Origin: Isurus oxyrinchus
Taxonomy: Eukaryota
Reading direction: 5' to 3'
Assembly (NCBI GenBank): GCA_026770705.1
Contig: JANJGN010000150.1
Location: 1-64,000 of the forward strand
DNA: 64,000 bases
A model generated the notes under the pieces. It did no database searches, was not told the origin of the DNA, and saw only the letters and a list, made by a program, of their open reading frames with translations. Made by a program: the position numbers and the translations under genes. The stretch's first letter is position 1, and the number at the start of each line of letters is the position of its first letter. Below, piece by piece: positions 35,680-49,400 of this stretch.

Positions 35680-37965
35680 TCCTGCACTGTCAGAGGGTCA
35701 GTACTGAGGGAGTGCTGCACTGTCAGAGGGTCAGTACTGAGGGAGTGCTGCACTGTCAGAGGGTCAGTACTGAGGGACTGCTGCACTGTCAGAGGGTCAG
35801 TACTGAGGGAGTGCTGCACTGTCAGAGGGTCAGTACTGAGGGAGTGCTGCACTGTCAGAGGGTCAGTACTGAGGGAGTGCTGCACTGTCAGAGGGTCAGT
35901 ACTGAAGCAATGCTGCACTGTCAGAGGGTCAGTATTGAGGGAGTGCTGCACTGTCAGAGAGTCAGTACTGAGGGAGTGCTGCACTGTCAGAGGGTCAGTA
36001 CTGAAGAGGTGCTGCACTGTAAGAGGGTCAGTACTGAAGCAATGCTGCACTGTCAGAGGGTCAGTACTGAGGGAGTGCTACACTGTAAGAGGGTCAGTAC
36101 TGAGGGAGTGCTACACTGTAAGAGGGTCAGTACTGAAGAGGTGCTGCACTGTCAGAGGGTCAGTACTGAAGAGGTGCTGCACTGTAAGAGGGTCAGTACT
36201 GAGGGAGTGCTGCACTGTCATAGGGTCAGTACTGAGCGAGTGCTGCACTGTCAGAGGGTCAGTACTGAAGCAATGCTGCATTGTCAGAGGGTCAGTACTG
36301 AAGAGGTGCTGCACTGTAAGAGGGTCAGTACTGAGGGAGTGCTGCACTGTGGGAGGGTCAGTACTGAGGGAGTGCTGCACTGTCAGAGGGTCAGTACTGA
36401 AGCAATGCTGCACTGTCAGAGTGTCAGTACTGAGGGAGTGCTGCACTGTAAGAGGGTCAGTACTGAGGGAGTGCTGCACTGTCAGAGGGTCAGTACTGAG
36501 GGAGTGCTGCACTGTTGGAGGGTCAGTACTGAGGGAGTGCTGCACTGTCATAGGGTCAGTACTGAGCGAGTGCTGCACTGTCATAGGGTCAGTACTGAAG
36601 CAATGCTGCACTGTCAGAGGGTCAGTACTGAGGGAGTGCTGCACTGTCAGAGGGTCAGTACTGAGGGAGTGCTGCACTGTAAGAGGGTCAGTACTGAAGC
36701 AATGCTGCACTGTCAGAGGGTCAGTACTGAGGGAGTGCTGCACTGTCAGAGGGTCAGTACTGAGGGAGTGCTGCACTGTCAGAGGGTCAGTACTGAGGGA
36801 GTGCTGCACTGTCAGAGGGTCAGTACTGAGGGAGTGCTGCACTGTCAGAGGGTCAGTACTGAAGAGGTGCTGCACTGTAAGAGGGTCAGTACTGAGGGAG
36901 TGCTGCACTGTCAGAGGGTCAGTACTGAAGCAATGCTGCACTGTCAGAGTGTCAGTACTGAGGGAGTGCTGCACTGTCAGAGGGTCAGTACTGAGGGAGT
37001 GCTGCACTGTCAGAGGGTCAGTACTGAGGGAGTGCTGCACTGTCATAGGGTCAGTACTGAGCGAGTGCTGCACTGTCAGAGGGTCAGTACTGAGAGAGTG
37101 CTGCACTGTCAGAGGGTCAATGCTGAGGGAGTGCTGCACTGTGGGAGAGTCAGTACTGAGGGAGTGCTGCACTGTCGGAGGGTCAGTACTGAGGCAGAGC
37201 TGCACTGTCAGAGGGTCAGTACTGAGGGTGCTGCACTGTAAGATGGTCAGTACTGAAGCAATGCTGCACTGTCAGAGGGTCAGTACTGAGGGAGTGCTGC
37301 ACTGTCAGCGGGTCAGTACTGAGGGAGTGCTGCACTGTCAGCGGGTCAGTACTGAGGGAGTGCTGCACTGTCAGAGGGTCAGTACTGAGGGAGTGCTGCA
37401 CTGTAAGAGGGTCAGTACTGAAGCAATGCTGCACTGTCAGAGGGTCAGTACTGAGGGAGTGCTGCACTGTCAGAGGGTCAGTACTGAGGGAGTGCTGCAC
37501 TGTCAGAGGGTCAGTACTGAGGCAATGCTGCACTGTCAGAGGGTCAGTATTGAGGGAGTGATGCACTGTCATAGGGTCAGTACTGAGGGAGTGCTGAACT
37601 GTCATAGGGTCAGTACTGAGTGAGTGCTGCACTGTCAGAGGGTCAGTACTGAGAGGGTGCTGCACTGTCAGAGGGTCAATGCTGAGGGAGTGCTGCACTG
37701 TGGGAGAGTCAGTACTGAGGGAGTGCTGCACTGTCGGAGAGTCAGTACTGAGGGAGTGCTGCACTGTCAGAGAGTCAGTACTGAGTGAGTGCTGTACTAA
37801 TGGTGGGTCAGTACTGAGGGAGTGCTGCACTGCCAGAAGTTCAGTACTGAGGGAATGCTGCATTATCGGTGGGTCAGTACTGAGGGAGTGCTGCACTGTC
37901 AGAGGGTCAGTACTGAGGAAGTGTTGCACTGTCAGAGGGTCAGTACTGAGGGAGTGCTGCACTGT
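35680..37965. repeat. Large homogeneous 30-bp minisatellite (~75 units)
   Basis: Unit gagggagtgctgcactgtcagagggtcagtact with recurring variants (gaagcaatg, gaagaggtg, cataggg). Confidence 0.97.
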
Positions 37966-38055
37966 GAATTATTGGAATCTCTCTTTATAAAGTCACAACA
38001 TCAACAAAGGACGGTGTTGGTAGTGGAAGTGAATTCCAATCGTTCCGTTACTTAC

Positions 38056-38140
38056 CCAGGACCTGTCCGACTGCTCGCCTGGGGAGGAACTGCCCACACG
38101 CTCTGCTTGGGCTGAATGACCTCTTCCTGTGCTGCTCCCT
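38056..38140 (-). other. Extra copy of the 85-nt exon module (no adjacent leader exon)
   Basis: Intact AG and gtaagt; upstream ETS core absent; downstream intron truncated by the satellite at ~37965. Confidence 0.7.
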
Positions 38141-38277
38141 CTGTGTATTTAATGAGAAAGGGTGGATGTGTCACTGTGAGACAAAGTGGGAGGTGGTTGC
38201 TGTCAAAGTATGAAAGCAAACTGTTAACCCTTGGAGTGCCAAGGCTGTGTCCGAATGTGACTAACCCTTTTCCCATG

Positions 38278-39405
38278 TAACAGGCTCGAGGGGCTGAATG
38301 GCCTCCTCCTGTTCCTGTGTAATGGGATTGAGGGGGCTGAATGGGCCCCTCATGTTTATGTGTAACAGGCTCAAGGGGTTGAACGGCCTCCTCCTTTTCT
38401 TTTCTTACAAGCTCGAGAGGCTGAATTGGCCTCCTCCTGTTCCTGTGTCATAGGCTCGATGGGCTGAATGGGCCTCCTCCTGTTCCTGTGTCACAGGCTC
38501 GATGGGCTGAATGGGCCTCCTCCTGTTCCTGTGTCACAGGCTCGATGGGCTGAATGGGCCTCCTCCTGTTCCTGTGTCACAGGCTTGAGGGGGCTGAATG
38601 GGCCTCTTCCTGTTCCTGTGTTACAGGCTCACGGGGGCTGAATGGGCCTCCTCCTGTTACTGTGTAACAGGCTCAAGGGGCTGAATGGGCCTCCTCCTGT
38701 TCCTGTGTAACAGGCTCGAAGGGGCTGAGTGGGCCTCCTCCTGTTCCTGTGTAACAGGCTCGAGGGGGCTGAGTGGGCCTCCTCCTGTTGCTGTGTAACA
38801 GGCTCAAGGGGCTGAATGGGCCTCCTCCTGTTCCTGTGTAACAGGCTCAAAGGGCTGAATGGCCTCCTCCTTTCTTCTGTGTAACAGACTCGAGGCGGCT
38901 GAATGGGCCTCCTCCTGTTCCTGTGTAACAGGCTCAAGGGGCTGAATGGGCCTCCTCCTTTCTTCTGTGTAACAGACTCGATCGGCTGAATGGGCCTCCT
39001 CCTGTTCCTGTGTAACAGGCTCCAGGGGGCTGAATGGCCCTCCTCCTGTTACTGTGTAACAGGCTCAAGGGGCTGAATGGGCCTCCTCCTGTTCCTGTGT
39101 AACAGGCTCGAGGGGCTGAATGGGCCTCCTCCTTTCTTCTGTGTAACAGACTCGAGGCGGCTGAATGGGCCTCCTCCTGTTCCTGTGTAACAGGCTCAAG
39201 GGGCTGAATGGGCCTCCTCCTGTTGCTGTGTAACAGGCTCCAGGGGCTGAATGGGCCTCCTCCTGTTCCTGTGTAACAGGCTTGAGGGGCTGAATGGGCC
39301 TCCTCCTGTTCCTGTGTAACAGGCTCGAGGAGCTGAATGGGCCTCCTCCTGTTCCTGTGTAACAGGTTCAAGGGGCTGAATGGGCCTCCTCCTTTCTTCT
39401 GTGTA
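38278..39405. repeat. ~40-bp minisatellite
   Basis: Paralogue of 20630-21845. Confidence 0.92.
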
Positions 39406-40484
39406 AATGGCCAGTCCAAAGGATGTGTTTGATGCTGGGGTTAATGGCCTCCAACACAATCCTGTCCTCACATGATTAACTTAGTTAGTGACTGGTTACT
39501 GGTTAATGCAGGAGGATTATTTATTTTCCCAATCTTTTATCCATGTGTCTGGTTAGGATCTTTTCATCAAACACAGAGCAGAACCAGGATCGAGGATGTT
39601 GGTGTCTGAAATCTGTAACACATCGCACCGTCCACCCATTCACTCAGCCTTCAGGATGGAGGCTAATTGTTCTTTCAAAAACTGAAAGACTGAAATGGTT
39701 GTAAGTTGTAGCTTTAGCTCATTCTGTTGTCAAAGCTGTTTCAGCCATCCAGGATACAGTGAAAAACGTACATTTGCAAGCAACTTTTCACATCATAGCT
39801 CCCTCTGTTCACAATGACATTGGCAACATCAATGTAAACATGTCACGCTGTAATGACATCCTCCCACCAGTGCTGGCACCGTAGCACACCTGTTTTCCTC
39901 TGTGTTGTCGGAAGTCTACCAATTCCCCAATCAAATTGTTTCCCTTTCCCAGGCTGCGATTAGTCTAATATTAAACAATAACTCATAAAATACACATGTT
40001 CTCTGAACATATGTTTGACTGCAAAATGGTGAATAAATTATAGGGATTTGCTCTGGTCCAATTATCCACCGATCCTGCATTTCCTGAAGTCTACACTGGC
40101 TGATGAATATTCTGTAAACACTGGCAGACAGGAAGGTGAATAACAGAATGAAAATTAACTCTTAATCACGGACACGGGATTGAATTTGTCCGTTCTGTCC
40201 TGGTACATCATCGAACGATATCAAAAGACATTTACAATCAGATTGGAGAGAAGGATGTTTCCAACAGGGAGGGACAATTCTGAAGGAGGATGTTCAAATT
40301 GAAACCCACAGACAATCATCCTGGATAGATCATTCCAAAGAAATTCCATCAGATTGTAACAAGAGGTTTAAATCTATTTCCTGGGAGTGAGTTCCTGTGG
40401 ATATTAGGAAGGTAAATTGGAGTTTTGAATGATTCTCCCGTTCTGTATTCTCCCCACACTGTGTGTGTCTCATTCTTGCTCAGT

Positions 40485-40601
40485 TTATAAATTCCCATAA
40501 ACAGAATCCTTGGCAAAAGTACAGTTTGCGTAAAGATCATCATCTGTATCAGGATTGACTCCGCGGTTAGATTTCATTTCCAGAACCTTTTCATCTTTCT
40601 T
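40485..40601 (-). pseudogene. Orphan terminal ITIM exon of a truncated inhibitory gene
   Basis: KKDEKVLEMKSNRGVNPDTDDDLYANCTFAKDSVYGNL* plus a 3' UTR paralogous to gene C; homology stops at ~40710 where an LTR element begins. Confidence 0.82.
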
Positions 40602-40710
40602 CTGTAATAGAAACAGAAATGATCAGAGTGACATTCAGAGTGATCAGTGTTTAGTATTATTGATCCAAATCGAAAATTCCACCCACAATACATACATTAA
40701 TTATTGATAC

Positions 40711-43700
40711 TGTTGGATGCTGGTCACGAGTTTGTTGGGACTTATGGATCCAGGCTTGTTTTGGAGAGGCTGAGTAGGTACAATAGACAGAGTAGATCAG
40801 CAGACAGTTCTTAGATGAAACACATTCTGCTTATTTACAAAGGAACTCAGCAGCTACACTTGTGTGCTTTCAACTCAAACCCTGTCTCCGCATTACAGGC
40901 ACTAACCAAAGGTGACCGACTACTGAGGTACCTGCTCCACTCGGCTGTTGGACACTGATATAAGAGTTAAACAGGGACTTCTATTAGTGAAAACCAAAGG
41001 TCAGCAGAATTCTCCAGGTGAATCTTGTGCACCATGGGGCTGACATCAGCAGAACTCTCCAGAAAGGCCTTGAAGATCACGAGGGATTAACTCGAGAACA
41101 GACATAAAGAGATTCTGAGGGTAAACAGATAAGGTAAAGGCAAACAGCACCAGGCTAGAACGAGATAAACAGTTCTTGCTTGGGTAAGGAGCAGATATGT
41201 ACCTGGGACTGGGAACATCTGCTTATTATGTGATTATGTACTGACAAGATTTGAATTTAAATAACCCAATGTGTACGTGACTAACTCTGTGAACAAAAAA
41301 GATGGTTTCCCTGTAATGGGTAGAGTTCTGTTTTTAGCCAGGCCTGAGGTTGATTCTGAGAACACACCACAACACTGAGCTCATGTTATCTTCCATTGTA
41401 ACCTTCTTCTTAAAGGTACATCACACATCAGATTACCACCACCCTCCCCCTTTACTCAGAAACACATTTTACACTTACTTTTACCATTTTCTCAAAGTAT
41501 CAGATGATTTACACAGATCAGTAATTTACAAATTCAGTCTTTCTGGGGGGTTTCCTTATGCGTCTGGAACGTCTCAGATCCACAGCTTCAGATGCTTTGT
41601 CAGGAGTCTCCTTTTCTGATGTTGTCCCAACACCAGCTTCTTCGGTGGACACCTGCAAACCTGTTTCCTCAACTCTTGCAGGTACAACGGACCCTTCAGA
41701 CACATCTGTTCTCAGCTGAGTTCTTTCAACAGGAGACATAGACGCAGCCGTGAAGACTGGTGGGATTGTTTCTTGGTACTTTGTTTCTCTCCTCCTTATA
41801 TGACCCACATGTCTCCATATGACTCGGTCTTCCACTTTCACATGGTGAGAAAGAGTTCCAATCGCTGCATTTATTTCACCCGGTGACCACTTTGGCCGTT
41901 CTCTAAAATCCTTCACATATACCGTCTCTCCTACGGTCAGCTTCCTGTCATGACTATGCCAGTCATGTCCAGTTTCCTGTCTTCCTGGACTCCTTTCCAC
42001 CTTCCCGCTGACATTTAGCATGACTGATGTTGCAAATGTGACGTGAGAAAAAACTTTATCACACAACTAAGTTTTGGGCCTGGAATGCACGGCCTGGAAG
42101 TGTTGTGGAGGCAGGTTCAATCGAGGCATTCAGGAGGGCATTAGATGGTTATTTGGATAGAGAAAAGGTGCAGGGGCATGGGGAAAGGCAGGGCAATGAC
42201 ACTAGGTCATGATGCTCATTTGGAGAGCTGGGATAGACACGATGGGCTGAATGGCCTCCTGCTGTGCCATTAAGACTCTGTGATCCTGCAGAGGAGACTC
42301 TGAAAGGCAAACCGGTTTATTGATACAACCCTTTGTGTGTATTAATTGTGACAAACTTCTGGGAGGCCTTCTCGAACTCCAATTGTTGATAAGCATGGCT
42401 CATATCAGCTCCGTGTAGGCCGTTCCAGTCAATTCTTGTCATCTCCACAAACACTTTGGCCAGGCTCAGGTCCAGGGACTATTGGTGCTGCCCATTCTGA
42501 GGACAGCACAGATTGTATCACTCCCAGTTTCTAGAACCTGCCCAATTCAGCATCTGCCTTTTCCCACATTGCATAAGGTACTGGCCGTGCCTTCATAAAT
42601 CAGAGGGGTAGAGTCTGGATCCACATGAATTTTTGCTTGCAGCCCCTGGATCTCCCCGAGTTCATCTTGGAAAACTGAGATGTATTTTTGTAGTAGCTCA
42701 GGTAGCCCACTGGCTCTCAGTTGGAAGATCTCAGACCAATCCAGTTTAATATCTTTCAGCCAGTTTCGTCCAAGGATGCTTGGTCCCTCACCAGCTCCCA
42801 TCATCAAGGGTCATTTTACTGATTGACTTCCATACTGTATAATAACCCTGCTTATGTCTTTGGCTTGAATGTCTTCTCCCGTGTGAGTTTTCAATTAGTC
42901 ATCTGTTTCTTCCAAATTTAATTGACTTTCCCCATGATTCCAGTATTTGAAAGTAAGCTCACCAATTAGCGTAGTGTTAGCTCCTGTGTCCACCCCCATT
43001 CTGAGAGCTCTATCATTCACCCTCACTGTTACATAGATTGGCTCTGTTCTTCCTACCTTTAAATTATACAATGAATAACTATCTGAATCTGTTACTTCAG
43101 GCTCTTCTATGTTATGGATCTCACAGGGTTTTCTCTCTTGGTTGAAACTCTGCCTGATTCTATCCTTGCAATCTCTCATGGGCTCTTTGTTTCGATGACA
43201 GTAAAAACAATTGATTTTTTTTAAAGTTCCATTCACTACGAGGTTGTCTGCTTCACCTCTGTTCACATTATTCCATGTTTTCTCTGCAAAGTCATTCCTT
43301 TTTATTTGCTGCTAGTGGTGGAGGTTTCCCGCTTCTCATCAGAGCTGTACATTTTCCCGCACTTCTTGGCTGAGGCTCCTCACCCAACATGAGGACGGTG
43401 ACATTTTGTACTCTCCATATGTTTTTCGAGTCCCTCACTGCTCTTTCCATAGCCAGCACTCTTCCCAGAGCCTTCTGAATATCCAAATCTGTTTCAGACA
43501 GTAATCTCTTCTGAATCGAATCTTCATTTATACTGCACACCAGTTGATCTCTCAGCATATCATTTATAGATTTACCAAACTCACAATGTCCTGTTAACTG
43601 TTTCAGAATTTCCACATAACATGCAGCTGCCTCCCCTGGGACTCTATTTCTTGAGTTAAATTTGGACCGTTGCATCGTTACCGAGGGCTGGGGCTGGGAA

Positions 43701-44070
43701 GGAATCTTCACAAGGTTCACTATATCATCTAAACTTTTTGAATCCATGGCACTGGGTGACATTAAAGTTCGCATCAATCCCTAAATCTTACTCCCACACG
43801 TGGATAAGAGGGTCGCTTGCCTCTTCTCCTCCCCATCAATGTCATTCACTTGGAAAAAGAACGCGAGAAGTTCACCATAATGAGACCAATCGCCCACCAT
43901 TGGGTCGAAAGGATCAACTCGTCCAAACTGCAGCATTCTTCGAGGGGGCTGCCTCGGTTATTAGGATGGAAATTATATTTATAATCACTGCGTGAGGCAC
44001 AGCCCGATTTCGGTTCCCTTGCTCTCATTCCTTGATTTTTCTTCCTTGTTTTTCACCTCATCGCCAGTTT
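40711..44070 (-). mobile_element. Decayed Ty3/Gypsy LTR retrotransposon (gag, protease, integrase C-terminus, 3' LTR)
   Basis: PBS-like tggcgatgag at ~44057-44066; gag HCEFG..MLRDQLV; protease VDTGA; integrase tail LRRSRRIRKPP; polypurine tract at ~41440-41453; RT largely deleted. Confidence 0.8.
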
Positions 44071-44094
44071 ATTCAACCCTTGTCACTACTTTAG

Positions 44095-44395
44095 TTTGCA
44101 CTCCCTCGGTACTGAGCCTGCGACAGTGCAGCATTCCCTGGGTACGGACCCTCCGACTGTGCAGTGGTCCCTTAGTCATGACCGCCTGATAGTGCAGCAG
44201 CCCCTAAGTACTGATGCTTGAAAAGTGTAGCGCTCCCTCAGCATTGACCATCTGACAGTGCAGCACTCCTTCAGCACTGGCACACCCAGAGTGCAACACT
44301 CGCAGTACAGACCTTCCGACAGTGCAGCACTAAGTCAGTGCTGACCGTCCAACAGTGCAACACTCCCTCAGTACTGACTCTCTGACTGTGCAGGA
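44095..44395. repeat. 30-bp minisatellite, inverted and degenerate
   Basis: Reverse-complement units cagtgcagcactccctcagtactgacc. Confidence 0.8.
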
Positions 44396-44637
44396 CTCTC
44401 AGTCCTGACACCGAGTGCCGGTCTGGTTTGCCAGCCTGAATTTTGCCAAATGAATTTCGAACTGACGACCTTCTCACTCAGAGAGAGAGAGAGGGTTCGA
44501 AATCCAGTGACACACAGGAGAAATTCCTGGTCAATGACTTTCCACTTTTGAGCAGAAATATCATCACAAGTCCAGAACGCAAAGGGTTAACAGCTTCAAA
44601 AAACTCAAAACACGACCTGTTCTGTCACTTTGATCCA

Positions 44638-44777
44638 ACTTCCTCATTTTGTCTCACAGTGACACATCAACCCTTTCTCATTAAATACACAGAGGGAGCA
44701 GCACAGGAAGAGGTCATTCAGCCCAAGCAGAGCGTGTGGGCAGTTCCTCCCCAGGCGAGCAGTCGGACAGGTCCTGG
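44638..44777 (+). promoter_or_regulatory. Gene D PU.1/ETS site and 85-nt first exon (44693-44777)
   Basis: acttcctcatttt at 44638-44650; TGG|gtaagt donor at 44778. Confidence 0.55.
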
Positions 44778-45227
44778 GTAAGTAACGGAACGATTGGAAT
44801 TCACTTCCACAACCAACACCGTCCTTTGTTGATGTTGTGACTTTATAAAGACAGATTCCAATGATCGATGCCTTTGAAAGATTTCCACTGATTATTGAGA
44901 TCTGGGTGTGAGGCTCAAGTCTGTTGTACAGAACATCTTTCTAGCTCAAGGGATGAGGGAAGTGCAGGGACATGAGCTTTGGGTCATCCTGAGAAGGTGA
45001 AAGGCGATATAGAAATGCAAGTCCTTCATTGATTTATTTTTTTAAAGCTTTTTAACTCTCTGCAGAGCACCTATCGTCCCACAGAGAACCAAATTAGTCT
45101 GTGTAGACATTGTGTAAAAGCAGTTCTGATCTCTCGAGAGCTGTCGGACAAGAGGTGAGGTCTCATTAACTCCTTTCTCTTTCACAGTTTGAGAGTGAGA
45201 AGCTAAAGGAATATCTGGGAGTGGACA

Positions 45228-45267
45228 ATGATCGGGAAATCTTACTTCCTCCTGTCACTTCTCCAAG
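45228..45267 (+). CDS. Gene D leader exon coding part MIGKSYFLLSLLQ
   Basis: Exon 45188-45267 with ttcacag acceptor and G|gtaat donor. Confidence 0.85.
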
Positions 45268-46469
45268 GTAATATCATCGTCAGCTTGGACAGACTTATGG
45301 CTAATAGTCTTTGTAAAAGATCATTCTTATTGAGCTCTGATCGGGAACCGATTCAGCAGTGAGCCAGTGTACAAACTCACACCAAGTCCCATTCACCCAT
45401 CACCCTTGTGCTCACTGATATACACTGACTCCCTGTCTGACAGCAGAACTGCAGGACAGCAGAGACCTCAAAGGGTTTCAGGGCTGGAGGAGGTGACAGT
45501 GACAGGGAGTAGAGAGGGAGGATGGAGGGATAAGGAATCAATGAAGAGATTTTGAAAATTGAGTTATTGCTGGACTGGGAGCCAGTGTAGGTCAGCGAGT
45601 GACAGGGGAGCGATCGGCTGAATAGAGAAGCAGGGATAAAAACTGGGGGATGAAGTCTATCCTGATGCAAGCACTCCGATATCAATGCCCTGAAATGTTT
45701 CTCTCTTGCTGATTTTCATCAGAATTTCCCATGAAGACAACACAGAAGCTCTTATATTAGACAGGCAGTTCAGCGTCACACTTCCTGTCCCTTCTCACCA
45801 TGCTAGAAAATTCGATAAGATAGCAAGATAACTGATAGAGAGAAGGGAGGCAAAGCTGTCTGTGTGTAAAACTGTCAAATATTCTGAGTTATCATGATTG
45901 TTTCTGATCTGCTGCAGAGTTTATATTTCATTGAAACTTATCACTTTGCAGCTCAGAGAGAGACCATTGACTCACTGCCTGAAAGGCCGGTGGAAGCAGA
46001 TTCAACAGGAACTTTCAGAAGGGGAACTGGATAAATACTTGAAGGGGAAGTTTTGCAGGGTTGTGGAGGAGAGAGCAGAGGTGACAGTGGGACTAACTGG
46101 ACAGATCTTTCAAAGGCCCAGCACAGGCTCGATGGGCCAAATGGCTTCCTTCTGTTCCGGATCATTCTACAATCCGATAAATTAAGTCCCTTTTCAATAA
46201 CTCTTCAGGCTCCTGCTGCAGGAATGGATCTTTGAGAAGGATAGGGAGCAAGCGGTTTCTCATATCATGTTCATATTTATTGATAATTACATAAGTGTAC
46301 GGAACTGTTGAATATTTGAGTCTCTAAAGTGTGGATTTAACCTTCTGGTACACCCAGATCTTGTGCTGGTTACCTTGTCTGGAGGTGTCTTTAACTGCTC
46401 ACAGTGATCTGTGGGATTGTCATCCTTGGATGTTGTTCCTGATTTCATGTGGGATCTTCTCCTCGATGG

Positions 46470-49400
46470 AATAGGAGCGGGAATGGATCTGATTTATCCT
46501 CGGTTCCGCCTCAGCGCTGTGCCCTTGTGTGTTTGACTCCATAGGCCCTTGGTTCTGAACAAATCCTTGTCACCTCGACTGGTGGTCATGAACCTTCTGT
46601 GGGATCCTGGATGTGAACTTGTCCCAACTGTAAACTTGGCAACTCTGCACCTCCATTTTTATCATGAACATTCCTTATCTTCTCTTGTAGTTTTAAAAGT
46701 TGCCCTCTGGTTTCTGAGAGTGTAGAATGGGTAAGAGTAGCGAAATTGGTCACTACTGGCCCACCAAACATGATCTCTGTCAGTGATGGAATAAGGTGAG
46801 GTGATGGTGTAGTGGTATTGTTGCTGGACGAGTAATTCAGAGACCCAGGGTAATGTCCTGAGAATATGGGTTCAAATCTGGCCATAATAGATGATGGAAT
46901 TTGAATTTAATAAAAAGATGAAATTCAAAGTCTAGTGATGACCACAAAACCAATGTTAGAAATCCCACCTGGTTCACCAGTGCCCTTTAGGGAACAAAAT
47001 TATCTGGCAGACATGTGACTCCAGACTCCACGTCAATGTGGTTATCTCTTACATTAGGGACAGGTAATAAATCCTGGCCTGGCCAGTGACTCCCACATCC
47101 CATGAATGAATTTAACAAAGTTGCAGTTGTAGGTGTCGATCTCAGATGTAACATTGCAATGTGTGGATCTTTCTTGGCCTGTCTACATTTGAGAATTAGG
47201 GATTTCACTGTGTGAATCATTCATTCAGCTAGGCTGTTAGATCTGGGGTAATGAGGACAAGAAGTAAGTGTGATTGATATTCCAGATTATCTGTAATCAT
47301 GTCCCTAGGCTCAACAAAGAAACTGAAAATAGTGCTTAGAGTGTGTGCAGAAGTTGTGCTTGGTGTGTTGTGCTTTTTTTGAATAATGGGATATCTGGTA
47401 AAGCTGTCGACGATGACGATGAAGTCAGTGACATGGACATGAAAGGATTCAGATTTTGGACTAAGAATGGGCAGGAATTTCCTGAGGAATCAGTGGTTCT
47501 TTGACAAGTTTCTTGACAAGCCTTGTACCTCCCTACAAACGACTTCAAGCTCATTGTTCATACCCGGCCAGTGACTGTATCTCTTGTGAGTCTCCTTGTC
47601 TGATCTGTGTCCATGTGTGAGGGATGAAGTTGTTGAAGAATATAGGATCACAAAAGTTCCGGTATGATGCCCTGCCTGCCTTTAAAAATGGTTCCCTGGG
47701 AGATGCCTCGCTTATCCCGATCAGGTCAAATTGAATCAGGCCACCCTTCAATGATATTTCCACAGTTCCTGTAGAATTTTTCACTGTTCCCTCTTGTAGC
47801 TGCTGTCATTTCTGTTGTGCTAAATGTACTGGATCAATTGACAGACTTGCATTCTCCTGCAGGTTTAATGTTGCAGCTACCTTGAAACTGCCAATACTGT
47901 TGAAACATTCTGCATATTTCAATGTTATGGCATGAACTGAGGTGATGGGGTAGTTTCTGAGGTTGACCCATGTGAGGTCTGACAGATTCCATGGATTGTC
48001 ACTAGTGTGAGGTCACCGCATGCGGGTAGATTGTAATTGCTCAGCCTTTAGTCTCCACAATGTAGAACATCTGTGACACCCAGGAGGATTGATTGTACTT
48101 GCACCCCAGGACTATGGATTCTGCACATGGAGTTGGTGAAGTGTTGTACACAGCAGTAGGTTTCCCCATGGACTTCCATGTCCTTGGATACATGTCTTTG
48201 AAAATTTGCTGGGGTGGGCTGGGGGAGGGGAATGTTGGCACTTGCCCCTGTGTCAATCTTGGCCAATAAAGGGGAGGTAGCAACTTTCTCAGGGCAGATA
48301 ATTGGAATCTTGGCCAATAGTGCGGGTGATGTGACGGCATCTGTTCTCCATGAGATTGATGGTGTAAAAGGTGTGAAATTGTTCAACAATTGCACAATAC
48401 GTTGAGCACAAGTGCTGCACAAACTCTAGGCCGGGGTTTTCTGGCCCGGTCATGGTGGGACCTGCTGTGGGAGATTGGGACAAATATAAATCCATTGGCA
48501 TTCGGCCGGACCGGACAATCCTGGCAGTGGGTGGGGCCAGAAAATCCCACCCCTATGGGACATTTTCAGTTTATTTGATGTGATGAGAGATATCATTAAG
48601 GACAACAATCCACAATTTATTGGCAAGCCACGTCAGGATATGTGTGAGAGGTGGAATATCGATCACCGCTCCTCGTCTCACCGTGCACATCATTGCCATT
48701 TCCTGGTTTGTCAGTCACCACATGTCTATGTTCCTGATGGGATAGCGGATGGTCATTCTCATTGATTGAAGGTTCCCCGTTGTGTAGGGTTAGTTTGGAT
48801 CAGCACACGGCTCTTTGTAGCTGCATCAGCCTTTGCTCTAGTGCCCTGCCGCTGTCAATGGCCCTTTCTGCCACAAACCTTGCAGGATTGGTGGAAAGCT
48901 GGGCATTTCCTTGGTGCCTGCAGAAGGCCACACCTTCCACACGTCTCACTAGGTTTGGATGTTCTAGTGAGTGTGTCAACAATTGATGTTGTACTGAGGA
49001 CCTGTAAGCTTCGTTGACCTGCGAGGATCACTTCGTATTTATGTCCATCCTTGAGTAGCTCTTCAATGCTATAGGTTTTGGTCTTATCTAGCAGATCTTT
49101 CTGGAAGGCTTCCATGGGAGTGGATGCAATCACCAACTCAACAACTCTGTCTGCAGGCTCTGTGTTTGAAATCACAGTGCGTACCCTTTTCTCTACATCG
49201 GCTGATGAAGTGGTCTATGGATTGTGTAGGCTGATGAAATGACATAAACTCTAGTTGATGAATATGGAGTTTCACCTGATTCTGAACCTGTCTTCCAATG
49301 TCGTCCATATCTATTGGGGATCCTTTCGCTCTTCTGCTGTTAATCCTGACGTGTTCAGCCTGTGTAGACCTTCATTCCCAATCGCGAGGTGAATTTTTAT

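Noticed and set aside
35598-37990. Long ORFs (547, 562, 364 and 248 aa) with Cys/His periodicity that resemble zinc-finger or mucin proteins
   Set aside because: They arise from a 30-bp unit without stops that is open in several frames on both strands; there is no splice or start context, and the same unit is scattered through introns.
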